Below, one piece after another: positions 52,275-60,452 of a stretch of 60,452 bases of DNA. Both the position numbers and the translations under genes were made by a program. The notes beneath the pieces are model-generated. The model made no database searches. It was not told where the DNA came from and saw nothing but the letters and a program-made list of their open reading frames with translations. The stretch lies in NCBI GenBank assembly GCA_000934665.2, contig KZ538022.1, positions 124,001 to 184,452 of the forward strand, given 5' to 3'. Origin of the DNA: Catajapyx aquilonaris (Eukaryota). Position 1 is the first letter of the stretch; each line of letters starts with the position of its first letter.

Positions 52275-52850
52275 GATCGCTGAAGCCGCTGCTCGAAATA
52301 ACAGTGATCGTCGACATTACAACAAATTCAAAAAAATAACATTGGTAAAGTTGATATTCAAAATAACGGGTTTGCAAAGCTGCTACTCAAAAGTAGCTGC
52401 GATCGCTGAATATGCTATTAAAAATAACAGTGATCGTTGATATTTTTTAACAATTACATTGCTGAAGTTAATATTTAAAAATAACTGGTCGATGAAGCTG
52501 ACATTCAAAAGTACCTGATATCACTTAATATGCTATTAAAAATAACAGTGATCTCTGAAGCTTTTCAAAAACAACTGCGCTTGTTGAAACTGGTATTAAA
52601 AAGAGCCGCGATCGCCAAACTGCTACTAACATAACAGTGATAGCTGAAACTGCTCCTCGAAATAGCCGCGATCACTGAAGCAGACGTTCAAAATAACAGT
52701 GAACACTGAAGCGGCTACTAAAATAACAGTGATGGGTGATACTGCTACCATACTAGAAATAGCCGCGATCGATGAAGCTGCTGTTCAAAAGCAATAGATC
52801 GAGTTGCTGGTCAGAAATAGCTGCGATCGTAACTTTCTAATAACACTGAC
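52275..52850. repeat. Degenerate ~30-31-bp minisatellite (GATCGCTGAA..TGCTATTAAAAATAACAGT)
   Basis: Repeated aaataacagtgatc / aaatagccgcgatc cores at roughly 30-bp spacing. Confidence 0.8.
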
Positions 52851-55800
52851 AAATCTGCTGTTATTTTCCGAAAGCGGTTAAAATAGCTGCTATTTCACAA
52901 TTAGTGCCGGGTACAACAGAGGCTCAGTTTTACCGCGGTTTCGCATAAAAACTGGTTGTAGAACCGATTGATTGACACGGCATGTGGGTCAAGCGCATTA
53001 GCAAACAGCGCGTTAACCTCCGCAGTGTGTGTGTGTGTACTGATCGATGCTATTTTGGCTGCAGGCCTCGCCTACCCCCCCACCAAACACTTCTAAAAAC
53101 ACATCGCCCACATCCACTTGCACACATGCAAAGTAATCCGGTTTTTCTTGATTGAACTCACCCCTTCAATCAAAGGGGTATTACACTTTGGGCCATCATA
53201 CAAAATGACGCGTCACTTCGAAGAACTTGAGATAGAGCACATCCTGGAGCAATTGATGAGTGATTTGTAGTAATGCGAGCGAGCATGCAATTTACGTATT
53301 AAAAGCGGAGAGTCGCATGATCTCCCTTCATCAAGCCTGCTTTATGGCAGAATATTCTGTGCAAAATTGCACGTCGCATGTTACTGCACTCCATATATTC
53401 ATACCCGGAATAAAGGAGCATGTTAGCAGCGTATGTCCCCGCTGGCCCGGAGCATGTTTTCCGGAGCAGACAGACAGTATTATCCAGGCTAGAAAAGGAT
53501 GGGAGACCGGGGCTGTAACTTTGCTCGACGTCTGTTCCCGAAGCATTCTTGCAGAAAACGTCAACCGGCTTGGAAATTGAGAAGGAATTGAGTCGGAGAC
53601 TGGAACCCAAGGGGCCTTTGGGGACATTACAACGCCTCGGGTCCAGATGATGCAGCCTCATCAGAATCATTCCTTATTCTCCTGCTGCTTCTGGCCCCCC
53701 TCCACGGTTATTTTATTTTTTTCGTCGCGTGTGTTTTCAAACTTCAGAATTGCATGCAGGGGTTGTTTGGAACCAAGTGAACACGCCGTAGTTGGATTGT
53801 TAGGCAATTTTGATGCCGGTACGTGCTTGTATTTTGGAAAAAGACGTGGCACACGCGGGCCGGTAGAAATGAATCAGGTTGGTCAATACATAATATATGC
53901 ATTACAATGCCGCCGAAGAAAATTACTCTCGTAAATACCTGTAGAACCCCCACAAAAATTGTTCTCCACAACAACAGGAATCGAATATTAAACTTTTTAA
54001 TCCATATGCAAATTATTGGGTTTAGCCATGTTAAAAATCAGGACCAACTGGGGTGCAAATTTGAACTCCATGGGTCACTTTGGAGTGCAACTTCGTGCAA
54101 GTTGCACTTTTTCATCTGAATGTTTCGACCCCTACAATAAGTACAAAATAAGTAAATAAAATTTACGACGATTTAGTTGATTTTTTGTGACAAAGTGCAG
54201 CCAATATACGAGGGTGGTTGGCGAGGTAGGGTAGGTTACATTATGTGAGGTTAGGTTAGGTAATCAACCCTCATAGTTTAATTGGTTTTAAATACTGTAT
54301 TAGCATGTATTGTTGGATTCAGGGCGTATCACACATTGTCACCTACTGTTTGGTTTTGGTGCCGGAGTGAATCCAAACGTCATCGCAATCGAACCGAAAC
54401 TAGTTGGGAATTATTTACTTAACGCTCGACCATTTACCAAGCAAATTGCCGTGTATTTGGCGCAAATGTGTTCAACAGCCAATGGAACACAATTAACTAT
54501 GGGGGAGGGGGGGGGGGCAGGAACCGCATTTTCATGGGAAATGTGGTCATTTCCCATGGTCTCACGCCTTCCCTTCTCAAACCCGCGCATGCAAAAAGCC
54601 ATTGATAAATCTGGTTCAATTGAGCACACATTTTTGCGCGACTTTAAAATAATTTAAGCAGCCCGTGTCTGAATTACTCTGAGTGATCATACGAATTTAA
54701 ACTGTATACGTTTAAGTACAAACCGACTTGGTTATTTTTCTTGCCCAATTTGTTGTTTCAAACCGTAACCCGGATAATCCAGGGGACGTCCACCAAACAT
54801 GTCCGCCTCTCCAAAAAAACCGATAACAAACAATTGGCCAAAATATGGTAATTGAGGCTCAGTCGATATCAGCTCGCTTTGCTGCCGGGGCTTTATCAGC
54901 ATTTTATGTACAGTATATATACATTGGGACAAAAATTCATTTCAATCCAACAACAACTCACCTGACAACTCCCGTGGTTGGGAGGGTGAGTCTTGATATT
55001 AAACAAGCCATGCCTAGATAGAAGCCAATTTTATCAGCTTGAAACTAACTCCACCTGACAGCAAAACGCAATTTGAAAACCCATGCCGCACTGCGAAATA
55101 TTGACTTCGAAGAAAACGCGCAGCTTCCGTTCCTTATATACTCAAAAAGTACGAAAAAAACACTAATTTTTTTGACATATTTGTTCTTCAATATTGAACA
55201 TATTTCTGGGTTAAAAGTGGTTTCCTTTTCCTTTCCAATATAGCAACAATCTTTTTCCTGATATTTTTTTTACAGCACATTACATGGGGAGTTTAATCGA
55301 TGGCGTACAGGAAAGAAATGCGCGTTACACAGCTGGTATCGGAAGTAAAATGGGGCCATTCCGGGCGACTTATGAGGGAACCCCAGACAGATTTTGTCTT
55401 GCGGGTTTTCCGTTATCGCCAAAAACAAGGCTTAAGCCTGAGCCTAAAACAAAAAAGAGGGGCTTTCAAAACTTTTCGTGCTGCATTTATATCAAAATGT
55501 GCATGTCTTTTGGACATTATTGAACTCATGAATTTAGGCCGGAGGAACACTCGCGAATTTATGAAGCACAGTACCAGTGTTCGTTTTGGAATGAGGCTCA
55601 CAGCTGCGAAACATTATTTGGCGCAAGATGAGCTATCAGTAGAATAAATAGTGACACGTACAAATATGAGTGTCAGTTAACAGGAGATCTAAAATTAGCA
55701 AGGTCGTGCATCCGAAATTGGGCATCATAATATTCAGAATTTTTAGCGGAAACGCACGCGATGTCCTTGTTACTGCTAAGGTAAATAGAAGGCCACTTTT

Positions 55801-57859
55801 TAGTTTTTATTCACAAAAAAATACCGACTTTCCTCCATGAGAAACTAATTACAGGCAATAATATTATACTCGTCATACAATAGTGCTACATTGTTACCTA
55901 AACTTACGTACAGTGATTATACAGTAACAGCATAATTTCATGCAGTTATTGCATAACTAATTACCAGGATTCGTTCACTATTTTTTAACCAAAAATATTG
56001 CTCGTTCGTCACACAGGCGCGATACATCATCATCGTGCTATAAATTCGCATTACCCGTCTGCTTCATTTGGTTAACCCCCGCATGGTATCAACCTTTCAA
56101 TTTGTTACTCCCGGGGTATATATAGTGTGTTTTATGACACTAAACTGCTGGCTTACCTGTCCGTTTAAATCCCTCACTGCCCAACAAAAACTCACCGACG
56201 ATTTCGCGCCACAAGTCCACACACAGTTCAAAAAAAAAAAAACTTTAAAAAACAAACAGTTCCGTACACTACACACAATCGCAATTTACTAAAACACACC
56301 AGCTAGATCTATGTTTTTAAAAAAGGAATTCACTGTTTTTTGTCCTCTTTTTTTTTGAAAGGGTCGGGTCACCTGAGGAGGGGGTCACCTGAACCGAGGA
56401 CCTGACAACCCAGCGCGGATGCCAACAAGCCCCAGACTGGCATCAGGAAGCGCCTCCGCATCGCTTTTCCCTGCCTCTCTCCGCACTCCAATCAGCGCAG
56501 CTTCAGCGCAGGTCCAGCCCCGCACCATCTCACGGATCCACTCTCAACTACACCCGGGGGAAAAAAAGGGTGGTCCATCCAGCATCATCATCTCGAGATG
56601 TGAAGCTGGCCTCAAGATAGCTTTGAATTTACCGCCAGATGTGTTGCCAGATGAATTTTTCTATAAAGTTCTGCGGCTGGCAACTGTGGATCCCAGCTAA
56701 GTAACATTTCAGGCCGACTCTAAAATGGATTAGTGTTAACACCGCAGTTACATTTTTGAACACCATAAAACTGAGGCATCCGTTACCCAATACACCCCAT
56801 TTATTCCTTTATCGTATCTAGAAAGAGGGAGGCTTATCTCATTAAGCAAGTATCCCAGTTATCAGTGTTAGATATTCCTTGGCAGCTACCGTTTATTAGC
56901 CAATAATCCATTCTGGAGGCTGGTTTTAGAGAGAGGGGAACGAACGAAGAATTTTGACTATCGAATCCGGGATGCCTCGTAAACTAGATCACAGTCTTCC
57001 CCGGGAAACTTTTGACTCGTTTTAGCATGGCATGGATTATCTCTTTTTTATGCAGTTCAAGTGTCGAAAAAGCGCACTCTTGTTTGTCCGCAACAGTCGA
57101 ATAGTTTGGAATCTAAGTGGTCCTTACCACCACAGTTATTTTATCGAATACTCTTCGCGTAAAGATTCTGAGAGGCACTCTTAAAGCCACATCAAATGGG
57201 AGCCTGGCTTTTTTGTTTAGATGTGGAGAGTTTGTGTCGGTCGCGTCTGATTCAACCATTTACAAATGCTGTAAAAAAATCGCGACACCAAAGTACGATT
57301 GTGTTCAATTACAGACGCGTGAAAAATTTTCATCAGAAAAAAAGCGATGCTGGCCCCGTTTCTATCCGGGGTGGTCATTGAACCAATTGGGAACAAAAGG
57401 CGCCAAAAATCTGAGCGACGTCAGCCCATCGTGTTGTCACCCTTAACTGAAGTTGCAACCTGCCTCACTTACTCTCATTCAAGCCCGAAAAATGATGAGA
57501 CATCGCGTGGCACGCACCCAACAATACGAGAGAAGAAGAGAAGAAGAAGAAAAAAAAGATGAATGAATGGAGACAAGACAAGCAGGAGTCGTCAGCGGAA
57601 TGAATATACAACGTCGGGATTCATTTGGCTTATCGCTGAGGACTAGGCCTTTTCCCTAATTGAGTCTAAGTGACTGGATCAATGCTACGCTCTTTTCTAT
57701 AAAAAAAATCTCGCTCGCTTCTTTTCAAGATGGAACAGACAAAGAGGATTAAAGAAGATTGAAGGTTTTTTTTTTTTTTTNGGGGGGGGGGGTGAATAGG
57801 GTAGTACACTGCCCAACTGTAATGCAACAAGTTTATGAAGAAAGCAGATAGAATCAACA

Positions 57860-58305
57860 ATCGGGGACAAGAATAAATTGCTACTCATAATTGCTATTAT
57901 GAATAGCATTGGAAGCGATTGAAGTGATCAATATTGCCAAAAGTAACGAATAAATTATTAAGTAAGCAATAAATTGACAAAAACGAATTCTCGAGATAAA
58001 TTAATATACATTGAAATAGTGAACAAAACATTCTTAATATAAATTAACACGTAATATATTAATAGAAAATAATGAGTACAAACCAGTAATAAAAAATTAT
58101 TAATAGCCGTGTCAAAAAATTAATTGAAAATAACAAAATATTGATGAGCACAAACAATGAAGAAAATAATTAACTTACAAATGAATAATAATGCATTCAT
58201 AAAGGGCAAACACCTGTTTGATAATAATAAATTGATCAATAATCATTAAGGACAAAAAAACTTATAATAAATAATAAGAAATTAATTATTAAAATTAATA
58301 AAAAT
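57860..58305. repeat. AT-rich low-complexity/degenerate repeat (AATAAATT..AA)
   Basis: Very A/T-rich, with recurrent aataaattg / aataaattat motifs. Confidence 0.5.
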
Positions 58306-60452
58306 CACGCTTTCCCACCCTATACTGCCTCTAAAAGGCTGACCCTACAGTATATAAACATGTTGCTGGGGCGAACAATCCACAACTTATTTGAGCTATG
58401 GAGGAAGACTTTTGTGAGCGCAACCACCCTGTATAGGTTAACAAAAAGGGTAAGGAGAGCAGAGCATGCAACAGACAAGTTATTAATTGGGAGGGAAGCT
58501 ATCATGACTCTGCAGTTGGAAGCTCACTTTGCCACTAATTGCCTTAATTAAGCTCGTTTCTACCCACGTTTATCGCCACCTCCCGAGAAGAAGAAATGCA
58601 AGGCGGAATCATGGCCCGTAAGGGCCACTTTTTGACTTTTCCCCTCGCAAAATTTTTGCCTGTGCTGCTGGTTCCTTGTTTTATAACCTCAAGTTTAAAC
58701 TCGGTCCTTAGAGAAAATGTGTATTTTTTTTCCTCCCTTTTCCTCAGTCAGAGAGAGTTGTGCAAACTTCCATGCGCGTTTCGAACGAGGCCTAAAGCCC
58801 AATCGCAACCAGAGAAGAAAAGTTGGTTAGGCCTAGCGGGTGTTTACAACTTAAACAAAAGGCAGCGATCCCCTTTTTTTTTAAAAAAAAATACTCATTT
58901 CCCATCATCATGTATTCATGATATAATGACCCGCGGATACATCCAGGTTTCATGCACAATTCGGCATTCCAGAAGTACAAACTTTAACTGCAAATGTGCA
59001 CCGCCATTGTTTCCAGTTCCCTTAATTAATTAACAACCGCTCATTGTTGGAAGCAATGCAATGGCAAGGATTCAGACAATAGAAATTGTGCGGATTATGC
59101 ACATGACATAATTGAGTATAAGGCAAGGAAAATTAAAATCATAAACTAGCAAAAGCTTTTCTTTAGCCCGGTAGGGGTCAGGGGAAAGAGTTGAGGTGTC
59201 CGGAGAGACGTTCCCGAATGTTTACTCGCCGCCAGTCAGCAAGAAACTGAATAGTTCCTCCCCCATTGCGCAGGCGTAGGATAGGGACCAATCGGAAGCG
59301 TCGCGCTAACAATATACGGCGGGCCAATCAGAACCCTTACGCAAACACGACGAATACGATTTTCATATTTTAGATAAACATCCCTCAAAGTTCCGACGCC
59401 CTCGCCAAAAATGGTCGGATATTAAATTAGCGCCAACAAAGGTCCTCGTTTATTGTCCGTTGATCGTGAGCCGACTGGAAAAGAACAAAAGTCTCTCATG
59501 CTAATGTTAACAGTGAAATGGGTCAGTCTTTCCTCTCCCCCTGACCTTTTTACCAAGCACTCAGGCGTATGTCTACAAAAGGACCCAGTGTTGGGGAGGG
59601 CCCAAAAAGACTGCATTATCTTATTAGAGGCATTCACATATAGCGCCTTCCATTAGCCCCCCCAGGTTTTAATGGAAACCTCGGACACGAGACTATTAAT
59701 TTTCCTCCGGCGGAAAATGTTGACCTGGACGTCACTTGGGCTGAAAGAGTGACCACCAGAATATGACCCTGAGTCTCTTCCTTTGTTGTCCTAAGGGAAA
59801 AATTAATCCGGGCCGTTTACATCCTCACAGCTCGCTTCTGCTCGTAAAAACACCGGAGGTTATATACACACACCTTTTTTTTCTCTCTATCTCTTTACTC
59901 CGGTTGATGGCTTCATTTCTTTTATTACGGACACTGTCTAGTGAACCCAGTGCCTTTTTATGTGGCACGACATCAATATGTTGACAAAATTTTGGGTGGA
60001 ACACGGTTGGATTATATGGAAGGGTATATCGATCGGTATAAGTTGTGAATTCCAGTCTGGCATGAATACAGAGAGATTCCGGTTGTATCAATTGGATCTA
60101 TATGGGCATGAAATGTCAATTGCTCACTAAAAGTGGAATAATATCACTGAAATTAATGTGTCCAAAAATCTGCATTATGTCTTTATTGATATAATGTTGC
60201 AAATTAGCATTTCCCAGTTGCTACATTAACGCACTGTGCATGTCTAATTATGATTCAGTAAATGCGATGTAATTGTATTCTCTGCATGCAATATTTATCA
60301 TCATGTTTGTTAAGTGTAATTATAATTGTTTGTAATAGTCGAGCGGAGCGTCGAGTGGAGCGTGGCTGTCCTCAGGGATCCAGCTTGGGACCATCTCTCT
60401 GGATCGTAGCAATGAATTGCTGGTTTGAAGTGGTTCGGGGCACTGGCATTCA

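Noticed and set aside
54225..54262. TTAGG-like repeats (also ~22265-22300 and ~30455-30495)
   Set aside because: Only two to three degenerate units; more likely internal to transposon remnants than interstitial telomere.
55300..55647. 115-aa ORF faintly reminiscent of a pogo/CENP-B helix-turn-helix
   Set aside because: No convincing motif, DDE domain or TIRs; an HMM search would be needed.

Overview
Eukaryotic, invertebrate and probably arthropod-like genomic DNA that is almost entirely non-coding. None of the long ORFs in the track looks like a real gene. The only supportable coding sequence is the 5' end of a minus-strand discoidin domain receptor (Ddr) gene. It has a 73-nt signal-peptide exon (10900-10828, missed by the ORF track) spliced across a ~6.1 kb phase-1 intron to a 106-nt exon starting the discoidin domain (4693-4588). 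The rest of the gene lies beyond the left edge. The remainder is intron or upstream DNA containing small non-autonomous elements (a tRNA-derived SINE, Tc1/mariner-, pogo- and Harbinger-like MITEs, Helitron-type elements) and degenerate minisatellites. The most interesting signals are (i) a 12-nt frame-preserving candidate microexon sharing an acceptor with the signal-peptide exon and encoding an alternative signal-peptidase-like site, (ii) a 69-bp CTG-duplicating MITE whose empty site is visible in a second copy of its host element, and (iii) a Helitron-type family dispersing a CTCF-like motif. I found no convincing novel multi-gene system.
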